Assembly: GCA_001563335.1 (NCBI GenBank)
Contig: LRSL01000019.1
Span: forward strand, 1 to 58,929
Length of the DNA stretch: 58,929 bases
DNA from: Candidatus Thorarchaeota archaeon SMTZ1-45
GTDB lineage: Archaea > Asgardarchaeota > Thorarchaeia > Thorarchaeales > Thorarchaeaceae
Direction: 5' to 3'
Under the pieces are notes generated by a model. That model had not been told where the DNA came from. It saw nothing but the letters and a program-made list of their open reading frames with translations, and did no database searches. The position numbers and the translations under genes were made by a program. Positions 9,475-17,738 of this stretch are shown here, piece after piece (positions within the stretch are counted from its first letter, which is position 1; the number at the start of each line of letters is the position of its first letter).

Positions 9475-10131
9475 TTAGAGTTGTATCCTCTTATAGGCAT
9501 CTGGAATCCTAATTCCGGTCTTTCCAGAGAAGACATCTTTGAGAAGCTCGACATGCTCGTCAAGATCCTTTAGTAACTTATCTCTGGCATGTGCTTCAAT
9601 ATTTGGCTCGATACCCCAGATAGTCAGGTAATTGCTGACGACTCCTATCTCAATTGCACCTTCTTCAAAATCACGGAAGATGGTGAGCTTGACAAGGAAC
9701 TCTGATTCATACATATTCAGGATATCACGAACACTAATCATGACTAAATCAAGAAATCCAATGAGGTCTTCAAGATCTGGAGAATCCTGAAGATTTCCAC
9801 GCATTGTTTCAGTCAGCGTCTGTATCTTAGAGGATGTTTGACGAAGATTCTCAAACATGTGCATTAGCTTTGTGAACTCTCTAATTGAGGTTTCAAGTGC
9901 TGGAACAAGCTTATCATAGAGATTTACTAGCAGAATCCCTTTGGCATTCTCACGAAGGTCAGAAAAAGATTCGAGCTTACCTATTGGTCCATCCAAATGC
10001 TCGATTTGCATGATTGTGTTGGTCACAGCTTGAATGGCTTTCACAGACTTCCGTTGGATGTTTGCCCACTTCTCGACAAAGGTATCGAGTCCCTCACGGA
10101 GGTCGTCAAGAGTATCTAGATAATGCGCCAT
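9475..10131 (-). CDS. Helical protein resembling eukaryotic CINP / C1orf109 (CA109-like family)
   Basis: Likely start ATG 10131 (218 aa). Segments FVEKWANIQ...VTN, LETSIREFTKLMHMFENL and ILNMYESEFLVKLTI...NYLTIWGIEPNIE are colinear with CINP as recalled. Confidence 0.6.
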   Translation of the reverse strand: MAHYLDTLDDLREGLDTFVEKWANIQRKSVKAIQAVTNTIMQIEHLDGPIGKLESFSDLRENAKGILLVNLYDKLVPALETSIREFTKLMHMFENLRQTSSKIQTLTETMRGNLQDSPDLEDLIGFLDLVMISVRDILNMYESEFLVKLTIFRDFEEGAIEIGVVSNYLTIWGIEPNIEAHARDKLLKDLDEHVELLKDVFSGKTGIRIPDAYKRIQL

Positions 10132-10246
10132 TGTGTTCCAAGTGTTTCTTCTTTTTATACCATAAAAACAATTCTGCGGGGGCACAATTTCGAATAATGT
10201 TCGAGATGGAACATTTTCAAAAGTATGTTCAGAGAGTCAACACACT

Positions 10247-10777
10247 TCATATCAACTTGAGTAGGTCTGATCGAGTGATGATTCCTTGGAGACGACCTTG
10301 GTTGAGAACAAGTACTGCTTGATAATTTTCAAAAAGAGGAATAATGACATCCACCAAAGTGGTTTCATCGACCATTATTGTACTACTCCCGCTCATGATT
10401 GATTGGACAGATATCTCATGGAGATTGTGTTGTAGATTTTTTATTACATCCCACTCAGTGACAATTCCTATTACTTGAGTTGCTCGTAGAACTGGCAGTT
10501 GCGAGTAACTCTTTTTTTGCATGAGTGACACTGCTGTTGAAACAGTGTCACGTGCATCAACAGTGACTGGATTTGGAGTCATTAGCTCAGAGCATGTGGT
10601 TCTCCGTTTCCGATTAAGAACTTCAATTATCTTATTGACAATCGATAGTTTGGGATCCAAAGAACCGCTTTCAAGTCGTGCTATATATGCTTGTGAAACT
10701 CCTACCTCAATTGAGAGCTCAGTTTGCGTTAATCCAGATTCTTGTCGAAGTTTCCTCAGCCTTTTAGCATCAGTCAT
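10247..10777 (-). CDS. XRE-family HTH + CBS-pair transcriptional regulator
   Basis: LRKLRQESGLTQTELS...SQAYIARLESG HTH, followed by two CBS domains (SQLPVL...IGIVTE, GIITRSDLL). Confidence 0.9.
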   Translation of the reverse strand: MTDAKRLRKLRQESGLTQTELSIEVGVSQAYIARLESGSLDPKLSIVNKIIEVLNRKRRTTCSELMTPNPVTVDARDTVSTAVSLMQKKSYSQLPVLRATQVIGIVTEWDVIKNLQHNLHEISVQSIMSGSSTIMVDETTLVDVIIPLFENYQAVLVLNQGRLQGIITRSDLLKLI

Positions 10778-10804
10778 CTATTGCACAAACCCATTCTACT
10801 ACTA

Positions 10805-10835
10805 TCAGTTATAATATTATTGATTTAATAACTGA
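10805..10835. promoter_or_regulatory. Inverted repeat (candidate operator) between the HTH-CBS gene and SAM synthetase
   Basis: TCAGTTAT-N15-ATAACTGA, perfect 8-bp arms. Confidence 0.45.
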
Positions 10836-10863
10836 GAGTAATTACTAATCAAAAGCTATAAAT

Positions 10864-12105
10864 GTGATTCACGTTGCGCCCGTTGAAAAAGATGAGTTGA
10901 TGATTATGAATTTAAAAGTCACACGTGGAGCCGGACCTTCTGTTGACAAACTCCCAGTGGAAATTGTTGAGAGAAAGGGGAAGGGTCATCCCGACACCCT
11001 ATGTGATAAGGCAGCAGAGGAATTATCAGTTCGCCTGAGTGAATATTACATGGAAGTTTTTGGTCAGGTTCAGCATCACAATGTTGACAAAGTCCTTCTT
11101 GTTGGAGGTCAGTCCAACGCCAAATTTGGAGGAGGCGATGTAATAGAACCAATTTACATATTGATGAGTGGAAGAGCAGTCGATGTTGTTGACAAAGATT
11201 ACGAACGAATTGTCCCAGTTGGGAAGTTTGCGGTTCAACACACAAGAGATTGGCTGAGCAAGGATCTACCACACCTAGATGTAAACTCAGATGTGATCAT
11301 TGATTACAAGATACGTGCTGGCAGTACAGATCTTGTAGGTAATTTCGACCTCGACAGAGGTGTACCTCGAGCCAATGATACCAGCTTTGGAGTTGGATAT
11401 GCACCCCTGTCTCCGACTGAATTAATTACTCTTGAATCAGAACAGCTTTTGAATAGCAGCAAGGTAAAGAAAGAATGGCCTCAAATTGGTGAGGATATTA
11501 AAATCATGGGAACACGAATTGATGACAAAATCCATGCTCAAGTTGCCGCAGCGATCATCTCAAGCGAAACAAAAGACGAGGATGAATACGCAAACGTCAT
11601 GCAAGGAATCAACGACTTGGTGAAAGATCTAGCAGTGAAAATCACGGATATGGAAACTGAGGTGAGCGTCAACACTGCTGATAGTCCAGAAGATGGCTTG
11701 TTTTACCTGACAGTTACGGGTACATCTGCAGAACATGGCGACGACGGGCAAGTGGGAAGAGGCAATCGTGCAAACGGGCTAATCACTCCTTATAGACCAA
11801 TGACCCTCGAAGCTGCAGGAGGAAAGAATCCTGTGTCTCACGTTGGGAAGACATACAATGTTGCTGCAAGGGAAATCACTGAGAGAGTCTATAAAGAGCA
11901 TCCCGACCTATCACAAGTCTACTGTTATCTTGTCAGTCAGATTGGAGCACCTATCACAGAACCAAAGGCAATCAATGTTGAACTCTTTGGAGATTGTAAT
12001 CTAGATGAAGTGAAATCATCAGTTGAATCAATCACCGAGGAGGTCATTGGCAAACTCCCACGAGTATGGGAAGGCTTTGTCAAGAGACAATATCAACTCT
12101 GGTAG
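10864..12105 (+). CDS. mat: Archaeal S-adenosylmethionine synthetase
   Basis: VEIVERKGKGHPDTLCD, ANDTSFGVG, GEDIKIMG, GDDGQVGRGNR and GKNPVSHVGK motifs. True start may be 10900 or 10906. Confidence 0.95.
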   Translation: MIHVAPVEKDELMIMNLKVTRGAGPSVDKLPVEIVERKGKGHPDTLCDKAAEELSVRLSEYYMEVFGQVQHHNVDKVLLVGGQSNAKFGGGDVIEPIYILMSGRAVDVVDKDYERIVPVGKFAVQHTRDWLSKDLPHLDVNSDVIIDYKIRAGSTDLVGNFDLDRGVPRANDTSFGVGYAPLSPTELITLESEQLLNSSKVKKEWPQIGEDIKIMGTRIDDKIHAQVAAAIISSETKDEDEYANVMQGINDLVKDLAVKITDMETEVSVNTADSPEDGLFYLTVTGTSAEHGDDGQVGRGNRANGLITPYRPMTLEAAGGKNPVSHVGKTYNVAAREITERVYKEHPDLSQVYCYLVSQIGAPITEPKAINVELFGDCNLDEVKSSVESITEEVIGKLPRVWEGFVKRQYQLW

Positions 12106-12115
12106 ATATCTAGTC

Positions 12116-12150
12116 AAAAAAAGGAAAAAAGGGCAGTATCATTCTGCCCT
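12116..12150. terminator. Hairpin terminator between convergent mat and M3 peptidase
   Basis: AGGGCAG-N7-CTGCCCT (12130-12150) preceded by an A-tract (U-tract on the minus strand). Confidence 0.6.
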
Positions 12151-12164
12151 GTATCATTCTTTCT

Positions 12165-14171
12165 TTAGTTATTATCAAGTCCAAGGGACTTCATGAATGC
12201 ATCATTGTTCATCTCACGTCCTAGGAAACTTTTAACCAGCTCATCTGGGTTTCTGCTTCCACCAGGAGCAAGGATCTTTTGGCGGTATTCAGTACCTGTT
12301 TTGGTATCCATGTAACCATTCTCTTCAAACTTAGTGAAAATGTCCTCAGCATACGCCTTGGACCAGAGATAGCTGTAATATCCTGCAGTATAACCAGAGT
12401 TAGCAAAATGTCCAAAACCAGCATCCATTTTGACTTTGTCGGGCATATAATATCCAGTAATCTCACTGAATATTTTTCGAAAAACTGCACTCGTGTCATC
12501 TGCACCCTCGGTATGATAGACCATATCAATCAAGGAGTAAGCGACCTGTCTTAGTTGGAATGTTCCGATGTCTAGTAGTTTCGCATCAATCATCCTTCTG
12601 AGTAGATCTGAGGGGAGCTTCTTTTTCGTATCTTTATAGTGACCCGAGAGGTTTGAAAGAACTTCTTCTTTCCAAGCCCAGTTCTCAAACATCATAGATG
12701 GAGTTTCTATGAAATCTGGGAGAACACCATCAAGTCCAAAACGAGCGTATTTTGTTTGATTACAAATCATATGCATTAAGTGACCAAACTCATGGAAGAA
12801 TGTTTCAACATCGCTATGCGTAAGTAGTGATGGCTTGTCCTTAGTAGGTTTCTCATAGTTGGACACCATGGAACACATAGGAAGGTAAACCTTTCCATCC
12901 CTTACACGGCGATCCATAAAACCCCAAACTGCATAGTGCTTGAACTTACCATCTCGAGGGTACAAGTCCAGGTAGAGTACCCCTAAAGTATGTCCATTTG
13001 TTTTATCAATCACCTTGAACTCTCTGACATCTTCATGCCAAGTATTTGGTTCTTCAGCTTCAATGAATTCTAGATTCAACACCTTTTGATAAACATCAAG
13101 AACACCTTGAATGACTAAGTGTGCTGGGAAGTACTCCTTGATCTCGTTCTGATCAACTGCATATTTCATTTTCATTAGCATCTCGTGATAATAGAAGATA
13201 TCCCAAAGCTCAATAGTAACATCCTCGGGGGATTTATTCAACTCCTTTGCTTTGAGCTTTTTTAGTTTCTGAGTTTCTTTCTCACTAAGAGGAGTTAGTC
13301 GTTTCCTCAGGTCATTCATGAAATCGATTACTCGCTGAGGAGTCTTTGCCATCTTTCTCGAGATGACATATTCAGCAAAGTTTGAGTATCCGAGAAGTTT
13401 TGCTTGCCGTTCCCTTAGAGCAAGTATATCAGAAAGACGTTCACTATTTTCTTTGCCACCTTTCTGATAGGAAATGATCATCATTTTCTTTCGAGTTTCG
13501 GGATTCTTAGCATAATTTACAATTGGCAAATATACTGGATAGTCAAGTGGACATAGATAGTTGTCACCATCTTTCTCGAGATTTTCATAGACTGGTGACG
13601 GTACTCCTTCAAGCTGCTCAGCTGTAAATGGAATCGTTGTTGTGATCTCATTGAGAACCCGTGCAAACTCGGATTCTAGAACAGAGATATTATTTGCTAC
13701 CTCAAGAAATTCCTTCCTTTTATCGTCATCAAGTGCAGCTCCTCGATGTCGGAATTCTTTGAGAGTATGATCTAAGAGCATCTTATCCTCAGGTTCAAGA
13801 GATTCCATCATAGGCTCTAATTCTGCGAACACCTCAAAGAGGTCTTTTCTTCCCCAAATCTCGTTGATAAATTTGCGAACATCTTTCTCAATATCATCAG
13901 CCATATCCCGCTGTGCTTTGTTCGAAGAAATATGCTTGATAAAGATAAAATAGCCAAGATGATCCCCACCAGACCCTAGAACTTCTTCAAAATCCTTGAG
14001 AGTCTGAAGATGCACCTCTCCCTTTGGAGTTTTAGCAATCTCATCAAGTTTTTTCTTTGCATTTTCAATGTCTTCATCCGCAATCGCTCGCATCTTTTCA
14101 GGATCAATTGTCCAGTCAGGTTTGCGGATTACTCCTTGCTCGTTCATAGTTCCCAAAGCAGGTTCTACCAT
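12165..14171 (-). CDS. M3A metallopeptidase (thimet oligopeptidase/neurolysin-like)
   Basis: LDLYPRDGKFKH, TFFHEFGHLMH, DFIETPSMMFENW and GYYSYLWS motifs. Confidence 0.95.
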   Translation of the reverse strand: MVEPALGTMNEQGVIRKPDWTIDPEKMRAIADEDIENAKKKLDEIAKTPKGEVHLQTLKDFEEVLGSGGDHLGYFIFIKHISSNKAQRDMADDIEKDVRKFINEIWGRKDLFEVFAELEPMMESLEPEDKMLLDHTLKEFRHRGAALDDDKRKEFLEVANNISVLESEFARVLNEITTTIPFTAEQLEGVPSPVYENLEKDGDNYLCPLDYPVYLPIVNYAKNPETRKKMMIISYQKGGKENSERLSDILALRERQAKLLGYSNFAEYVISRKMAKTPQRVIDFMNDLRKRLTPLSEKETQKLKKLKAKELNKSPEDVTIELWDIFYYHEMLMKMKYAVDQNEIKEYFPAHLVIQGVLDVYQKVLNLEFIEAEEPNTWHEDVREFKVIDKTNGHTLGVLYLDLYPRDGKFKHYAVWGFMDRRVRDGKVYLPMCSMVSNYEKPTKDKPSLLTHSDVETFFHEFGHLMHMICNQTKYARFGLDGVLPDFIETPSMMFENWAWKEEVLSNLSGHYKDTKKKLPSDLLRRMIDAKLLDIGTFQLRQVAYSLIDMVYHTEGADDTSAVFRKIFSEITGYYMPDKVKMDAGFGHFANSGYTAGYYSYLWSKAYAEDIFTKFEENGYMDTKTGTEYRQKILAPGGSRNPDELVKSFLGREMNNDAFMKSLGLDNN

Positions 14172-14323
14172 ATTTAAGGAAAGCCTTGTCGGCGATTATT
14201 GGACTTGAAAATCCATGACGGAAATAGTTGTGATATGTTTTAAAAGGACTCGAGTATAGTCCCATGCAGGTCAACCCCATGATTCATGCCTAGGGGTTGT
14301 GAATATTTAGGAGAATCATCAGC

Positions 14324-14884
14324 ATGGGCAAAGTAACTGACCCAATTGCCAAGAGAATCAGAAAGAAGGCTGCCAAAGATATCAAGGGAGGCTTCTTTGG
14401 AAAGATCACTCACTACATCCCCGGCTGGCACGGGTATCAAGAGAAGGAAGAAAGACGCGCTGCTGACAAGGTGCTTCGAGAGTTTATGGCGGACCAGCTT
14501 CGACTTGTGAAGCAAGATCTTGAAAAGCTGCAGATGATGGCAGTGGACTACAATTTAACAAAGACGTGGGAAACATTCGACAGAATGCTCGCACTCAGCG
14601 ATAAGATTGAATCAGCTATCAGATACGCCGACTATGGATACGCAGCATGGGGCTCAAAGGAGAAGATCAACGAGAGCGAACTCGATAAAGCGTACGAGTT
14701 CGATGCAACACTGATTGACGATATTGGTGAAGTCAACGACGTCGTGGAAGAATTCCAAGACCAGATGAACCAGGGTAAGTTTGACGAATCCTGGAACTAC
14801 ACCTATCGCATGTGGACTATCATGCAGCGCTTCGAGGAGAAATGGAAACAACGCGAAGGCTACATGAAAGGCTATCAAGATTAG
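14324..14884 (+). CDS. Conserved helical hypothetical protein
   Basis: SD-like AGGAGA upstream and terminator downstream; motif IPGWHGYQEKEERRAADKVLR...ADYGY. Confidence 0.75.
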   Translation: MGKVTDPIAKRIRKKAAKDIKGGFFGKITHYIPGWHGYQEKEERRAADKVLREFMADQLRLVKQDLEKLQMMAVDYNLTKTWETFDRMLALSDKIESAIRYADYGYAAWGSKEKINESELDKAYEFDATLIDDIGEVNDVVEEFQDQMNQGKFDESWNYTYRMWTIMQRFEEKWKQREGYMKGYQD

Positions 14885-14895
14885 TCTAATGAGCT

Positions 14896-14932
14896 ATTCC
14901 GGAGCGTGTGCTCCGGAATTTTACTTCTTTTT
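14896..14932 (+). terminator. Stem-loop terminator
   Basis: Perfect 10-bp stem ATTCCGGAGC-GTGT-GCTCCGGAAT followed by a T-rich tract. Confidence 0.75.
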
Positions 14933-15093
14933 CAAAGCATAAGGTTTGACATGCTAACCTATTTGAACAGCTTCTACATTGAACCAAGTATCACAAGAAT
15001 TCATTGATATCGAACGTTTAACTTGAACATCAAAGAACATAGACAGTACCTTTTCAAGCCTAAGAAGTTGCATCCAGAAGGCAGGGACAACAT

Positions 15094-16101
15094 TTGAAGT
15101 ATTCACGTCTACTAAAGATAGCCGCTAGACTCATTGGAATAATCATCTTCATCTACATTTTGATAGGAATAGATATCCAAAGCATGATAGTTACTTCTTT
15201 TTCAATTCCTCCCTTTATCACTATAATATTGATTCTGACAGTTATACCAATCATGGTGTTAAGAGGGGTGAGATGGCAGGTTGTATCTGAGGGATTGGAT
15301 TTGAACTTGAAGACAATGGAATCAACAGAGGCTTTGTGTATAGCACAATTGGCTAATCTGGTTATTCCAGGAAATTTCGGAGATCTAATCAGAATACCAT
15401 ATATGAAGCATAGGGGTAATCAAGTAGATAAGTCAATTATCAGTATTTTACTAGACTCAATCTTAGGAGCAGTTGTTCCATTCACCTTTGGAATTATAGC
15501 AATAGCTATTATTCTTGAGTTCAGTATCACAATTGAGCTTCTTATTATTGGGACAATTTGGATTACGGGAGGTTACGGTTTTTACCGCATTATGCGAGCA
15601 ACTCTCTGGCCAAAATTCATGCAAGCACGCATCAATAGGTTGATGAAGGAAGGAATTAGAGGAAGAGCATTCTTCACTCTTCCTTCGATGTTGAAATCCA
15701 TTGGAAGCACTAGGATTGTACTAAGTTTAGCACTAGCTCTGCTGCTATTCGTCATCTATGTGACTCAAGCTTATATTCTCGCTTATGCTCTTGGAATATC
15801 AATAGAATGGATGTACCTTGCGTTCACATTAGGATTCACCACAATTATCCTAGTAATTCCTGTGACCATTCAAGGTCTTGGTTTAAGAGAGAGTGTTTTA
15901 TTGTTCATGTTAACACGAATAGCTGTCGATCCAGTGCTTATCATTTCATTCTCATTGATTTTGATGACAATTAATCTTACTCCAGCAATTGCTGGTTTCA
16001 TAATATGGTTGAGAAATCCGTTTGTTGATATCACTGACCAAGAGATTTTGGATGCAGAAGTAAGTTTGCTACCAGAACAATTACTTGGTGGAGAAACCTG
16101 A
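15094..16101 (+). CDS. UPF0104 / lysylphosphatidylglycerol synthase TM-domain (flippase-like) protein
   Basis: RGVRW, ANLVIPGNFGDLIR and IPVTIQGLGLRE motifs; multi-pass membrane protein. Confidence 0.85.
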   Translation: MKYSRLLKIAARLIGIIIFIYILIGIDIQSMIVTSFSIPPFITIILILTVIPIMVLRGVRWQVVSEGLDLNLKTMESTEALCIAQLANLVIPGNFGDLIRIPYMKHRGNQVDKSIISILLDSILGAVVPFTFGIIAIAIILEFSITIELLIIGTIWITGGYGFYRIMRATLWPKFMQARINRLMKEGIRGRAFFTLPSMLKSIGSTRIVLSLALALLLFVIYVTQAYILAYALGISIEWMYLAFTLGFTTIILVIPVTIQGLGLRESVLLFMLTRIAVDPVLIISFSLILMTINLTPAIAGFIIWLRNPFVDITDQEILDAEVSLLPEQLLGGET

Positions 16102-16169
16102 AATGTGACATAGCCTATAATAGAGCGTCACAAATTGTGCAAAGTAAAAACTTGGACGAAGATACGAAC

Positions 16170-16445
16170 CTACCAGTCCACTCCAAGGTCTTTGAGTGCT
16201 CGTTGTATTAAACGCATACTCAAGAGACGCGCACATCCACAACAAGTGAAGGTATCAGGACCTTGCCATGTCACTCCTGAATTGAAATCGATAAGGTCGC
16301 CACAAGTCGGGCATTTTATTTGGTTACTCTGTGGGGACGATAGAAACTTCTTTGTGATAGACTCAAAATTAGAGCTGGAGTTCTTAATTGGAGTAATTAC
16401 ATTCTCCTTAGCATGAGGATCTCTAGATGTTCCCATAGAATTCAC
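16170..16445 (-). CDS. Small zinc-ribbon protein
   Basis: CPTC...CCGC pair; start uncertain. Confidence 0.55.
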   Translation of the reverse strand: MNSMGTSRDPHAKENVITPIKNSSSNFESITKKFLSSPQSNQIKCPTCGDLIDFNSGVTWQGPDTFTCCGCARLLSMRLIQRALKDLGVDW

Positions 16446-16519
16446 AAGCCTATCGTATAGACTTTCTCAGTATTTTCTATAAGACCTAGCAATACATGAA
16501 TGGAAAGCAGGAATAAATC

Positions 16520-16564
16520 CAGAAAAGAAAGAGAAGGAAAAGGAGAGAATCATCCTCCCTTTCC
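16520..16564 (-). terminator. Probable terminator of the 16578-17420 gene
   Basis: GGAAAAGGAG...CTCCCTTTCC stem (16536-16564), followed by a U/C-rich tract on the minus strand. Confidence 0.5.
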
Positions 16565-16577
16565 AGTACTTCGTACT

Positions 16578-17420
16578 TTACTGCTCGAACTTGCTGGCTA
16601 TCTTACCCATGCCATAAATGAATATGATGATCAGAAGAATTGCTCCTAAGTTCGAGTAACCTAGATTAAACAGACCTGCAAAGAACTGTAAAGAACCTGA
16701 TGCAAATGGATATGCAGACCAAGGATCGGTCCTAATTAATCCAGTTGAGATGTAGGATGTTGCATTGAACAGAATACCAATCAGGAATGTTAGAACCATC
16801 AACATGTAGAAGATTTTCGCAAGGTCTCCAAAGAAACCACCTACCTTCTCACCTAGGAACATCTTGAAGATGTTGAATAGACCATAACACATGAGTGTGA
16901 ATGCAAATGCAATCATTATTCCTCCACCCATGAAAATGAATTGAGGCATAACATGATTAGCACTCATATCTCCAATCATTGCATCGAGGTTAAAACCAGC
17001 ATATAGAGCAACCGCTATAACTAGGAACAATCCCTTCAGGAAATGAAATATGTTCTTCACAAGGTCCCAATTACCAACTCTGTTCTCAATGAAAGGTGCA
17101 ATAAAGAAGAGCAGGCCAGTAAGAAGGACCAATATGGCGGCGCCAATTTGTGCGGCGTCCAATGCCATCCAAATGATGGAGTTGAGAATAAGTGATAGTC
17201 CTAGGCAGAGCCAAGCTGTGTTTTCCTTGCCTATGGCATAGTACATCGGGAACAAGAGCCCGATTACTAGAGTAAAGTAGTATACCCATGTCAAACCCGC
17301 ATTAGTCAGTACAGCACCTGACAAATATGTCCAGGGGAAGTAAATAAGGAAGAAAAGTGCTAATGCGATCGCAGACAGGTATTGAATTAGTGTTTTGAAA
17401 TCGTATTCGGTCAATTTCAT
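16578..17420 (-). CDS. Multi-pass membrane protein of unknown function
   Basis: About 8 hydrophobic segments; SD-like AAGGAGTGA upstream. Confidence 0.75.
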   Translation of the reverse strand: MKLTEYDFKTLIQYLSAIALALFFLIYFPWTYLSGAVLTNAGLTWVYYFTLVIGLLFPMYYAIGKENTAWLCLGLSLILNSIIWMALDAAQIGAAILVLLTGLLFFIAPFIENRVGNWDLVKNIFHFLKGLFLVIAVALYAGFNLDAMIGDMSANHVMPQFIFMGGGIMIAFAFTLMCYGLFNIFKMFLGEKVGGFFGDLAKIFYMLMVLTFLIGILFNATSYISTGLIRTDPWSAYPFASGSLQFFAGLFNLGYSNLGAILLIIIFIYGMGKIASKFEQ

Positions 17421-17738
17421 TCACTCCTTAGCCCGAAAGCTCACGCTGTGTCCATTAATTGGCACAATGTAGTATAAATCGGTGTTGCTTCAGAGAAACT
17501 GAATTCGACAAAAGCCGAATTTGTAGCATGAAACAGGAGTTTAAGAATGTAGATTCTGTTCTTATTGGCGCGGTTCAAGTTGTAGGACAATTTGTTCAAT
17601 GATTAGACTAATGATTAAGGAAAACTTGTAATTTTGATTAGAGGAGAGCTGTGGAAGAATATCATTCCACATGTGTGCCTAAGAGCACAGGTGGAGGTTT
17701 ATGCAAGCTGTCTCATACCGTTGAGGGGAGTGTATTGC

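Noticed and set aside
17421-17738. Small hairpins in the divergent gap before the VIT-vWA gene as an ncRNA
   Set aside because: Only 5-6 bp stems, with no tRNA or known ncRNA features; compatible with chance.
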